This document shows positions 8,105 to 17,128 of a stretch of DNA of 64,000 nucleotides, in pieces (positions within the stretch are counted from its first letter, which is position 1; each line of letters opens with the position of its first letter). This DNA is from an uncultured Erysipelotrichaceae bacterium (GTDB lineage: Bacteria; Bacillota_I; Bacilli_A; RFN20; CAG-826). Made by a program: the position numbers and the translations under genes. The notes beneath the pieces were generated by a model that did no database searches, was not told the DNA's origin, and worked only from the letters and a program-made list of their open reading frames with translations. The stretch is taken from positions 3,675-67,674 of the forward strand of contig ONCO01000001.1 in the NCBI GenBank assembly GCA_900316365.1. The letters are read 5' to 3'.

Positions 8105-8959
8105 ATGGCAAGAGAAGATGACATCACAAATCGCGGAAGCGATACGCCGGCGAAGGTCGGCGCGATCATAAACACCGTGGCGGCGATTATCATTACTCCG
8201 GTTTATGGGATTGTGCTGGGGCAGCTTCCTCTGGGCATTGTTGTCCCTAAGTTCGTGGATGTGATCGTTGCGATTTTAGACGTTGCCGTTTTATTCGAGG
8301 CAATCATGGGGTGGATCATCTACAAACGCTGGATGAAGACTTCGGCTACCTGGCCGTATAAGTGGTTAAGGGTCATGGGCTTTATCCCGTTTGGCTTTAT
8401 CACTTACCTCATCGCCGCTAAAGAGTGGCTGATAGATTATCGTTTCTGCTATCAAGGCGGTAGAGAAGAGCTTGCCGCTAGAAATAAGGCTTTTCGAGCA
8501 AGGCAAGCCGCCGAAGAGGAAGAAAGAAAACGTAAAGAAGCCGCTTTTAGGGCGACTCCAGAAGGGCGGAGACTCACTGAGAAAGAAGATCAAATTAGGT
8601 ACTTCTCTGACTCTGTGAAATCCTTATGCGAAAACGGTTCTTGGAATTACAGTAAAGATGTGGCAACTTCGCCTGCAATTTTTGATTTAAGGTTTAAGGG
8701 CGTTGATTTGGATGAAAAATCCGGAACCATCTATATTTACTTCGAATCCGAAATCAACTTGTATATCCCAATTGATTCGGCGGGCTCTCGAGTTAAAGTT
8801 GAGTACGACTGCAGATCCTTCTGCAAAGGGCGAGCGACTAAATTCGCTTCACGCGTTCGCGAGGAGATTCTGCCAGAATACCAAAGAGGCTCGGTTGGGT
8901 ATTATTTCTCTCGGTTTCAAAAAGTGGAAAGCCTCATCAAATTCCGTGTCAAAAAATAG
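8105..8959 (+). CDS. Hypothetical membrane protein (about 3 TM + coiled coil + soluble domain)
   Basis: RBS AGGAGG; hydrophobic N-terminus, EEEERKRKE charged helix. Confidence 0.75.
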   Translation: MAREDDITNRGSDTPAKVGAIINTVAAIIITPVYGIVLGQLPLGIVVPKFVDVIVAILDVAVLFEAIMGWIIYKRWMKTSATWPYKWLRVMGFIPFGFITYLIAAKEWLIDYRFCYQGGREELAARNKAFRARQAAEEEERKRKEAAFRATPEGRRLTEKEDQIRYFSDSVKSLCENGSWNYSKDVATSPAIFDLRFKGVDLDEKSGTIYIYFESEINLYIPIDSAGSRVKVEYDCRSFCKGRATKFASRVREEILPEYQRGSVGYYFSRFQKVESLIKFRVKK

Positions 8960-9006
8960 CGGTTTTTCAGTAACACAATATAAAATTAATCGAAGGAGTC
9001 GTAGTT

Positions 9007-9948
9007 ATGGACTTTGAATTGGCTTACATCGCTGAACGCGATACAGATTTCGCTCTCATGAGAGAGGCGAGTCTATCAAAAGAGGTGCAGAACCTCTTCT
9101 TAAGAAAGGTCGGGGAATCAGGGACCTTGGTAAAAATAATCCATTCATTGACTCAAGAGGAAGAACCGGGAAAAGTCGGCGAGTCTGATGTTGTTTTAAT
9201 TTTTGAAAGACCAGATAAGAGCCGTTTTGCTATTTTCATTGAGGATAAAATTGCGGCAAGCGCCCAGCCAAGACAAAGAGAGAGGTATGAGCTAAGGGCG
9301 CCTAAATTAGAAACCGAATTGGGCTTAAAAGGCCATCATGTCGTTCTATTTGCCCCTAAAAAATACCTGGATAAAGAAACTTCTCAAGATTATAAATTAC
9401 AAATTTCCCACGAAAGCGTCGTTGATTTATGCGTCGATGAATTAGATAAAAAGGTCTTAAGCGACTCTTGCAAAGTAAAACAACACGGCAAAACACAAAT
9501 AGATTATCAAATCACCGATTTTTGGAACCATCTTATCGATTATATAGGCGATTATCATGTTGATTTGGCGTTTACAAAAGACAAGGTGGATAGGGGGCCA
9601 AACTCTTATTGGCCTGAATTCGGTACCAGTTTGAAGGGCGTTGCTGTTGTGTATAAATCGGACCAAAACGTTGTTGACCTCACGTTTAATAAAATGGCCA
9701 CGAAAAGAATCAACATCATTACGATATTCGAAACCATCGGTATTGATCCTGGAGATAGATATTTTACGGACGTCGGGGAGAGCTTGGCTTTAAGAAAGAA
9801 TCTGTTGGGCGATGCGAAAATCGACTTCAGAAAACCTTTCGATGCCCAAAAAGACAATGTGGACAAGGTTATCGACGAAGTCCGCAAGATGGTCGAGATG
9901 GCTAGAAAGATCGGAAATAGCAAATATTCGTCTATCTTTGCTCAATAA
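9007..9948 (+). CDS. PD-(D/E)XK nuclease family protein
   Basis: ERDTD, GESDVV..IFIEDKI..QPRQRERY motifs. Confidence 0.8.
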   Translation: MDFELAYIAERDTDFALMREASLSKEVQNLFLRKVGESGTLVKIIHSLTQEEEPGKVGESDVVLIFERPDKSRFAIFIEDKIAASAQPRQRERYELRAPKLETELGLKGHHVVLFAPKKYLDKETSQDYKLQISHESVVDLCVDELDKKVLSDSCKVKQHGKTQIDYQITDFWNHLIDYIGDYHVDLAFTKDKVDRGPNSYWPEFGTSLKGVAVVYKSDQNVVDLTFNKMATKRINIITIFETIGIDPGDRYFTDVGESLALRKNLLGDAKIDFRKPFDAQKDNVDKVIDEVRKMVEMARKIGNSKYSSIFAQ

Positions 9949-9973
9949 CTTCTTTCAGTTGGCACTATGAGGC

Positions 9974-10048
9974 GTTCGACCGCATCAAAACGTTGTAAGC
10001 CGGCCAACAGACAAAAACAGGGTTGATGCGATTACGTCTGCCCTTTTT
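9974..10048 (+). repeat. Cassette-junction repeat, copy 3
   Basis: GTTCGACCGCATCAAAACGTTGTAAGCCGGCCA (24/33 identical to copy 2, no gaps), then AGGGTTGATG..CGTCTGCCCT hairpin and a T-run. Confidence 0.7.
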
Positions 10049-10090
10049 ATAGCCAAAAAGGTTTTGTATAATCCACTTTGAGGTATTTTC

Positions 10091-11107
10091 ATGAAAAGGA
10101 TTGCGAAGTTTTTCTTTTTTCCAATGATGGCGATCGGCCTTGCTGGCTGCGGTTTCCTTGGCGAGATGTTCGGTGGAGACACCGACAACATCCATAAGCA
10201 GTCATACGAACCGATCACCGGCAAATTCGTTTTGCATGACGCCACAGACAAGAGATTAGAGAATCCTGACGCCTATTTCGAATTCGATGGCAGCAAGGGC
10301 AATTTCTCCATGAAATACTACGAAAACGGCGTCCTCAAAAGAGAAGGCCAATTCAACCGCGTAGTCACCTACGAGAACTACATCGGTAAGATCAAAGACA
10401 ATCTGCATTTCAACATCAAGATCGGAGATGCCACCGAGCATATCGGCACTTACACAGAGTCCTTAGACCCGATCGACCAATTTAGGATTCTAGAGGAATA
10501 CACCGGCGCAGAAACGAAGTTCTATTACTCTGAGCTCCCGTATATCATCGGAACATACGTGAGGGAGGGGAAAGAATATAAGCAAGAGTCCAAGACTGAT
10601 GCGGAGACGGATTATTCGATCCCAACCGTTGAGAATTTCACCTGCCTCCTTAATGGCAAATACGCTTTAGACGAAGATACGTATTTCTATTTCATCTACC
10701 CATATAAGAATGATTATTACGCGAAGGCGTACTTCCAATACTTTTCCCCGGACTTAGAGAAGCCTCTTGAAGGCTTTGTGGCTGGCAGAACCTATACTAA
10801 CATCGGCAGCAATACCGAAATGATATTCACCTATTCCCGCCAGGTATCGATGTATAAGGCCGGTGGCAAAACGGACGAAGGTGGAATGTATTTCGGCTAT
10901 TACTCCATCGGTAGCGATGACCGTCTAAAAGAGCATTGGGGCACCGTGGATTATCAAGACGGAGTCCTCAATTCCTTCTCCTTTGAGCATCTATCGAGAA
11001 CCTGGACGGATGAGGAAATGGATAAGTGGACCAAGGACCTCGACTATAGGCTCCCAGACCCAATATATTACGAATACGTCGGAGGGACTTACTCCAAAGC
11101 CCAATGA
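10091..11107 (+). CDS. Lipoprotein of unknown function
   Basis: LAGC lipobox; Tyr-rich beta-type sequence. Confidence 0.8.
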   Translation: MKRIAKFFFFPMMAIGLAGCGFLGEMFGGDTDNIHKQSYEPITGKFVLHDATDKRLENPDAYFEFDGSKGNFSMKYYENGVLKREGQFNRVVTYENYIGKIKDNLHFNIKIGDATEHIGTYTESLDPIDQFRILEEYTGAETKFYYSELPYIIGTYVREGKEYKQESKTDAETDYSIPTVENFTCLLNGKYALDEDTYFYFIYPYKNDYYAKAYFQYFSPDLEKPLEGFVAGRTYTNIGSNTEMIFTYSRQVSMYKAGGKTDEGGMYFGYYSIGSDDRLKEHWGTVDYQDGVLNSFSFEHLSRTWTDEEMDKWTKDLDYRLPDPIYYEYVGGTYSKAQ

Positions 11108-11385
11108 GTGATTCGGGCCCCGTGATCGCGGCGGCGAGCATCCAAGCAACCACCAAAAGCATTCAGACGAATATAAACTTAGCGACCCTTCCTCCGGGCT
11201 TTATGTCACCTCTTTTGAAGTGCGGGAAACAGTCGACGCAGCGGCTTGGAACTTTTATTTCAGCGCATTCGGATTCACGGTCAGTTACAGAGCGATCGCA
11301 TAAAAAGAGCTTCTTTGATAGCAAGTGCCATGAGCTTCTATCATTTTGTGTTCAAAAATCTTAATTACTGTTGTTTAATAAAGAT

Positions 11386-12948
11386 ATGAAAAAAGGAATA
11401 ATTTGTGGCGCTTTGCTGCTTTCTCTTTTGACGTCCTGCAACGTCGTTTCTTTGAACTCCGATTCAGGGGAAAGTAAAAGCGGTAATCTATCCGTAGGCA
11501 CTTCCACTTCGAAATCGCAGGGAGGCGAACTCCCGGTTTTCGAGGTTTTCGATGTTTTCGGCGACAGAGACAACGGACGCAGGGCGGATGAGTTTAAGCT
11601 TGAAGAATTCGGTGATTCGCCCTTTAAACTCGAATCGAATGGCGAATTAACGAACGGAACATACCGCGCGGACGTTTCCCACGCCCAGAGCCTATTCGTC
11701 AAAGACGTCAATAATGACGGGTACCGTGATTTCTGCATGGTCAGTTCCTCGGGCAGCGGCATTGTTTATTTCTTCGTCGAGATATACGACTTGCATAATC
11801 GCGAAAAAATATTCACTTTGTCTGAAAGGCAATGTTTCTCTTATTTCTTGTCTATCGATGATGGCGACCTCGCTATAAGGCGAGTCAAACAGTACTACGA
11901 TGACGAAGAATACGGGAGAGGCGTTTTCCGCTTCGATAAATCTAGAGGCGTCTATGTAGAATGGGAGAATAAGTATCACGTCAACGACTTTAGCTTTTCC
12001 ATTGCTTCGGTGGATCCTAATCACACCCCTTTGCGTTTGGAAGAAGAGCGGGGCGTCTATAACGCCATCGCAGATGCTTCTTCGACTTATTTCATCAGCA
12101 TCGACATCGATGCCCAGGATGCGTCGTTGTTGCCGGATTATCCGATTGTTTCCGTGAATATGGGCACTACCCCTTTCACGTGGTGGCGAAACGGTTCCAA
12201 AAGCAATTCCACTCATTACGAAGGGTTTTTCTTCTTCTCGGGCGATGATCAGCTTTACACGGTCGATATAAACGTTTCCGGAATAGAAAAAATGATTGTT
12301 TTCGGGATCAGCGATATCGGGACCGAACCAACCAAGATCAAAGACCTTTATCCTTGGGCTAGGAATGTCACGACAGACACGCTGTCTTCGTTTAGATACG
12401 ATGTGGTCGGTGGGGCTCGCGGTTTTCGGACGATTTATCGCTCTTCAAGCAAAAACACTATCTCTCTCGCGGTCCGAAACCTAAATCTAATCGCCTATGA
12501 GTGCGACCCGAGCTTTTTCGTTAATATCGAACGCCTTTCTACAGCGAACGGCGATCGTTCTTATTATTACGTTGTTGATGGTGTTGAAAATGTGATTAAA
12601 ACCATTTCGAGTGTGTTGATCGTTGGGGAGAAATACTACTTTATAAGGGAGTCAATGCTATTCGGTTCGGCCGAAGAGATTAGATACGGCTTCGATGAGA
12701 GAACCCTCTCTATAACGATGAAAGCGGCGGCCGATGGTTTCTTTGACAAGATCGTTACCGACCTCGGAGATTTCGAATTTGCCGAAAAGACCAGCGATCA
12801 TCGTTACACCAAAGAAAACGCCAAATACAGTTTCGTGGCTGGTTCCACAGAATACTACGTAATTTCCCCTAAGGTCTTTATCTCATCCGATCTTAGATAC
12901 GAATATGAAATAACAACCGCCAGGGACTTCTCGGAACTGTTTGAATAG
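11386..12948 (+). CDS. Lipoprotein of unknown function
   Basis: LTSC lipobox, Ser-rich linker, Ca-binding-like DVNNDGYRD. Confidence 0.8.
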   Translation: MKKGIICGALLLSLLTSCNVVSLNSDSGESKSGNLSVGTSTSKSQGGELPVFEVFDVFGDRDNGRRADEFKLEEFGDSPFKLESNGELTNGTYRADVSHAQSLFVKDVNNDGYRDFCMVSSSGSGIVYFFVEIYDLHNREKIFTLSERQCFSYFLSIDDGDLAIRRVKQYYDDEEYGRGVFRFDKSRGVYVEWENKYHVNDFSFSIASVDPNHTPLRLEEERGVYNAIADASSTYFISIDIDAQDASLLPDYPIVSVNMGTTPFTWWRNGSKSNSTHYEGFFFFSGDDQLYTVDINVSGIEKMIVFGISDIGTEPTKIKDLYPWARNVTTDTLSSFRYDVVGGARGFRTIYRSSSKNTISLAVRNLNLIAYECDPSFFVNIERLSTANGDRSYYYVVDGVENVIKTISSVLIVGEKYYFIRESMLFGSAEEIRYGFDERTLSITMKAAADGFFDKIVTDLGDFEFAEKTSDHRYTKENAKYSFVAGSTEYYVISPKVFISSDLRYEYEITTARDFSELFE

Positions 12949-12963
12949 TCTTCGCTTAGGCGT

Positions 12964-13422
12964 TTAAGCCACGACGCTGTAAGGGATTAGTTTCAGGATG
13001 ATGTGATCGCTAAAATCACCGACTTGGTATTTTAAGGTCAGATCCTCTATTTCCGTGTCTTTTGGATATTCGAAACTGATGTTGTATATCGGATTCGCTT
13101 TCGAGGCTTCTTCGTCAAATGTAATCGTCCAATAATCCGATGCGGAGAACGTGGCGACGTTGCCACTGAAAACCACCTGTTTCGATCCACGCCACACAGG
13201 CCTGATTTCCAAGGAATAAATCCTGGAATTCATCACCTCGTAACGGGGGTAACTCTTGCCGTCCTTCTCTTTGATGCGTTCGATTGGAGTGACGACTTGC
13301 GGTTCTCCGTCCCCGTTAAGATAAAGAGTGTGGGTTACGCCGATGATTTCTGGTGTCCCGGATCCGCAGCCAGTAAGGGCGAGCATCATTAGCGGAAGCG
13401 GCAATAGTCTGTTTAATCTCAT
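12964..13422 (-). CDS. Small lipoprotein
   Basis: LTGC lipobox; RBS AAGGAG. Confidence 0.75.
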   Translation of the reverse strand: MRLNRLLPLPLMMLALTGCGSGTPEIIGVTHTLYLNGDGEPQVVTPIERIKEKDGKSYPRYEVMNSRIYSLEIRPVWRGSKQVVFSGNVATFSASDYWTITFDEEASKANPIYNISFEYPKDTEIEDLTLKYQVGDFSDHIILKLIPYSVVA

Positions 13423-13639
13423 GGGCGGTTCTCCTTTGGCGGACAGGTGCCGAAATCGACTTTATGGGGATAAAATCGATGTTAAGCGGCCCCATAAAAA
13501 GGGCCAGCACAATAATATCCGAATACTTTTGAAAAATAAGACTTGTGTTTATTTATCTAAAGTGGATTATATTAGCAATTTCATCACTCAATCAATCTCA
13601 AATTGATGCGATTCATTTTATCCACAGGAGGAAGTAGAG

Positions 13640-14920
13640 ATGAAAAGAAGCAAATCAATCATCATTCCATTAACTATAGCTTCCTTCGCCTTAAGTGGCT
13701 GTTTTGTTGATAACCGCTTAGCCCCCGGAACAAGCAGTCCCGACGTTTCTATGAGCAGCGAGCCTAGCGACGTAAAAACCATCAGCGGGCGCATCGGGGC
13801 CGATTATGGCTCGCTCGAAGAAGGCGAGGCTACGTTTCTTTTCGGCGATGTGCGCCTGCCGTTTTCTCCTGAATATGTTGGCGTGGATTATGCGGCCGTT
13901 GGGGATTTCGTCGAAATTAGCTACAAAGGTGAATGGACGGCCTCCAAGAAGCATCCAGATTATTATGATTGGGATAAAGCCACGATAGTGGGCGTAAAAG
14001 TCACCCATTGCCATATCGCCGAATTCGAGATTGCCGCCGTTCCGGGTGGTGGCAAAAGCCTTAGGGCACTAGACGCTTCCGTTTCTGTTGGCGAATTATC
14101 GACTACTAATTGCATATATCGCGACAGGACGTTCGAAGAATGGGAATCCTACCCTGCCGGGACGAAGATATATGGCACCTGCTCGGCCAAAGAAAAATCG
14201 GCAAAAGTTTTCGCCCTCTATTCCTATGATCCTAGTGAGCGCAGGGAAAGCCTGACTTTGAAAGAAAGTTATGGTTGGATCGGGAGGTTGAAGGAAGAGG
14301 ACATTGCTATGGTCATCTCTGGTTATCGCCATGGGTCTATTTGCCCGACTTTCGAAACGCTGGATTATTACACTTATAGCTATGAACCATCGGAGATTCA
14401 GAGAACTTATGAATACCTAAGCACGGCGAGGATCGTGTTCGATGATCCCGAAATGTTGATGGGCGGGGGTTTGTGGGAGCTGATCGTGGTAACAAAGACG
14501 GGAGAGAAACACTACGTCTCCGTGAGCGAGGGCAGGCCGGTTGCTATTTTCGACGGCAGATTTGTTTCATTCGACACCGCGCTTCCAATGTTCTCGAATC
14601 TATATGGAAATGGCTTCCTCTGGCAGTCCCTTCTGGACATGAAGGTGAGTAATGCCGACGGGACTATCGATTACACCGATTCCTTCCCTCGTCTCGAGAG
14701 TTTTGAAGACATGATTTTCCAGGAGATCGAGAACCCTTCTTTCTCTGGCGAGCCTAACGAATACAACGCCTACAAATTCTCTTGTGATTGTGGCGAGATA
14801 GTCTTCGAGTCCAATACGGCTTTCATGGTCAATACGTTGGAAGGCAAGACCCATTACTATAGAGTCGTTAATGAGGTCACCTTCGAATACCTAAGGGGTG
14901 GACCGCAAAGAACCATTTAA
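13640..14920 (+). CDS. Lipoprotein of unknown function
   Basis: LSGC lipobox; RBS AGGAGG. Confidence 0.8.
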   Translation: MKRSKSIIIPLTIASFALSGCFVDNRLAPGTSSPDVSMSSEPSDVKTISGRIGADYGSLEEGEATFLFGDVRLPFSPEYVGVDYAAVGDFVEISYKGEWTASKKHPDYYDWDKATIVGVKVTHCHIAEFEIAAVPGGGKSLRALDASVSVGELSTTNCIYRDRTFEEWESYPAGTKIYGTCSAKEKSAKVFALYSYDPSERRESLTLKESYGWIGRLKEEDIAMVISGYRHGSICPTFETLDYYTYSYEPSEIQRTYEYLSTARIVFDDPEMLMGGGLWELIVVTKTGEKHYVSVSEGRPVAIFDGRFVSFDTALPMFSNLYGNGFLWQSLLDMKVSNADGTIDYTDSFPRLESFEDMIFQEIENPSFSGEPNEYNAYKFSCDCGEIVFESNTAFMVNTLEGKTHYYRVVNEVTFEYLRGGPQRTI

Positions 14921-14984
14921 CGGTTTATCAAAGTTAAAAGGGCTCTCTAAATCCTGATGGGGTTGGTTGAAAAACAACCCAGAC

Positions 14985-15044
14985 AAACGCTGAAACCCCG
15001 CTAACTTGGGAGCATAGGATTGATATGGTGTGTCAGTCCTTTTA
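14985..15044 (+). repeat. Cassette-junction repeat, copy 4
   Basis: AAACGCTGAAACCCCGCTA (16/19 to the end of copy 2) + ACTTGGGAGCAT + AGGATTGATATGGTGTGTCAGTCCTTTT (near-identical to the copy 1 hairpin). Confidence 0.7.
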
Positions 15045-15066
15045 GACGCGGGGTTTTCCTACACTT

Positions 15067-15360
15067 AGAGCCGAGGAAGTGATCCCTCTCCTATAAATAA
15101 TCCGTTTCAAGGGTAATATACCTTCTTGGATTCCCGGAGAGAGGCCATGGCCTCGGCTTTCCTTTTGTAGGCATGCAAAGGGAATGGCGGATCAGCGCGC
15201 GGGGTTTTTGAGCGTAAGCTCGGCATGAAAAATGCGCGGTCCGCGCCTTTGGAGAAGCGCGCTTAACCCTAATGCGAAACGAACTCGTTATCGCGCGTAT
15301 ATCTTTGGAAAAAGCGTCGCCAAAAGGACTAACGCGGATCCCGGGAAGGATCCGAATGCC
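15067..15360 (+). ncRNA. Putative IS110 bridge RNA
   Basis: Stem-loops at 15069-15158, 15159-15184, 15187-15244, 15246-15327; 15198-15208 CGCGGGGTTTT is identical to the left flank 15047-15057. Confidence 0.65.
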
Positions 15361-15379
15361 GGAAAGGAAGGTCTATGAG

Positions 15380-16585
15380 ATGATAGACAGCGAAGCGCCC
15401 GTGCTGGCGTTCGACGTCTCGAAGGGATGCAGCCATTGCCAGGGCTTCGTTTCCTTCGGGGAGCCGCTTGGCAGGCCGATCAAGGTGGCGCATACGAAAA
15501 GCGGGATGGCGCCCGCGGAGGAAATCTCCAGATTGCTAGAGGAAAGGTCGGGCAGAAAGCCGAAGGCCGTCCTGGAGTCCACCGGGGTTTATTCCAAGCC
15601 CGTCATAAGATGGGCGGAATCGCTGGGGCTGGATGTCTACCTAATATCGCCTTTGGAGTCGGCGAAGGTCAGGAAAAGCAGGGTCAGGCCGACGAAGACG
15701 GATGCCCTGGACTGCGGAGTGATAGCGGAGGTCGCCTACACCAGAAGCCTGAGGAGGGCCACGCCAAAATCCTCCCTTTATTCCCAGCTGTATTCGCTCT
15801 CGCGAAGGAGGGCCGCAATCGCGGACAGGCTGGTCGCGTCAAAGAACCAATACAGGAAAAGCCTCGACTGCGTCTGGCCTTTATTGGATGAGGCGTGCGA
15901 CCCGTTCTCCGGATACGCGATGTGGGCGGTCGGGAAATACAGGCATCCCGAGAGGCTCGCGAAGGCGAAGGCGGAATCGCTCGCCAAGGCGATGGGCGGG
16001 GCCAAAATCAGATTAGGCAGTATCTCGAAGCAAGCCGTGGCGTCAAAGCTGATCGCCTACGCGAAGGGCGCCCTGAGCGGATGCTCGCCGAACGACGGCG
16101 AAGTCGATGCCCTCATGTCCGCCATGTCGGACGTCGAACGGGACATGGAGGCGCTGGGCGGGGCGACCGAAGAGCTGATCGCCTTGGCCAAGGAGCTCCC
16201 CCATTTCGCCCAGATCCTGTCCATCGACGGGATAGGCGAGCCGCTCGCCGCGTTGCTTTGCGCGGAGATAGGGGAGCCGTCGAGGTTCTCGTGCCGGAAC
16301 GGCTTGGTAGCGTACGCGGGGCTGGACCCGACGATCCTCCAGTCGGGCAGGAACGACGGCCTCCATTATTCCATCACCCGGAAGGGGAACGCGTTCCTGA
16401 GGAGATGCCTATACCTGGCCGTGGAGAACATGGGGATGCACAAAGCGTCCAACGCGATAACCGAATTCTACTCGAAAAAGAAAAGCAGCGGCCTTTGCCA
16501 CAAGGCGGCTGCGACGGCGGCCTGCAGGAAGCTCCTGGTATGCATCTGGGGAATGCTTCGCAGCGGGACGTTCTTCGATAGATAG
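15380..16585 (+). CDS. IS110 family transposase/recombinase
   Basis: DEDD residues (FDVSK, LESTG, KTDALD), SIDGIG, AYAGLDP..QSG serine, RKL motif; RBS AAGGAAGG before ATG 15380. Confidence 0.95.
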   Translation: MIDSEAPVLAFDVSKGCSHCQGFVSFGEPLGRPIKVAHTKSGMAPAEEISRLLEERSGRKPKAVLESTGVYSKPVIRWAESLGLDVYLISPLESAKVRKSRVRPTKTDALDCGVIAEVAYTRSLRRATPKSSLYSQLYSLSRRRAAIADRLVASKNQYRKSLDCVWPLLDEACDPFSGYAMWAVGKYRHPERLAKAKAESLAKAMGGAKIRLGSISKQAVASKLIAYAKGALSGCSPNDGEVDALMSAMSDVERDMEALGGATEELIALAKELPHFAQILSIDGIGEPLAALLCAEIGEPSRFSCRNGLVAYAGLDPTILQSGRNDGLHYSITRKGNAFLRRCLYLAVENMGMHKASNAITEFYSKKKSSGLCHKAAATAACRKLLVCIWGMLRSGTFFDR

Positions 16586-16701
16586 TGTAGCAAAAAGCCA
16601 ATGTTTTAAAAGACATTTTAAATGATGCCTCTTTTTCGATGCGCCCGAAAAGAGAAGGCGCAAAAAGAGAGAACACCGTTGACAAGACTTATCCTATTTT
16701 C

Positions 16702-16928
16702 TTCAGACTCCTGATTCTCTTCATCGGCACCAAATTATTCGATATGACCCTCTTCGATTTCTACTTATTGTGCTACTCGATTTTCTTCCCGCATTATTTC
16801 CCGGAATGCAAAGAATTGGTGGGGCAAGGCAATTGGGCTTTAACCTCAAATCGCAGCTGATTAAACTGCTCATCTATACCGCCGTAACTTTTGGCTTAGC
16901 CGCCTTAGCGGTTTTGGTTAAATGGTAA
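16702..16928 (+). pseudogene. Possible remnant of a membrane-protein gene truncated at the IS end
   Basis: Hydrophobic fragments FRLLILFIGTKLF... and LIYTAVTFGLAALAVLVKW* without an intact start. Confidence 0.35.
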
Positions 16929-17128
16929 GCAATAACCATAAGCTGGATATATAGCCTTCTTTAAGCGCAAATCGAGGGGCTGACGTAAACGTCAGTCATT
17001 TTTCATTTTATTAATACGCCTAATTAACCTAAGGCGATTTAAAACCACATTTTTGGGGGTTATAATCATAAAAAATTGAAATTACGCAAGAACGCGTCAA
17101 GGCTTTTTTGCCATTTAGGGAGTTCGCG

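Larger units (their letters stand above)
15054..16701 (+). mobile_element. IS110-family insertion sequence, apparently complete
   Basis: GC-rich transposase, no terminal IRs, TTTTC at both ends (15054-15058, 16697-16701), TTGACA near the right end and TACACT at the left end. Confidence 0.8.

Noticed and set aside
7260-15044. CRISPR array or classical integron attC interpretation of the repeats
   Set aside because: Repeats are degenerate and 0.7-5 kb apart; no cas or intI gene; no RYYYAAC..GTTRRRY attC boxes recognised
15272-15379. N-terminal extension of the transposase
   Set aside because: Falls in the structured non-coding left end; the RBS and first catalytic Asp support a start at 15380
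15895-16581. 228-aa alternative-frame ORF within IS110
   Set aside because: Arg/Gly-rich shadow frame expected from high GC content
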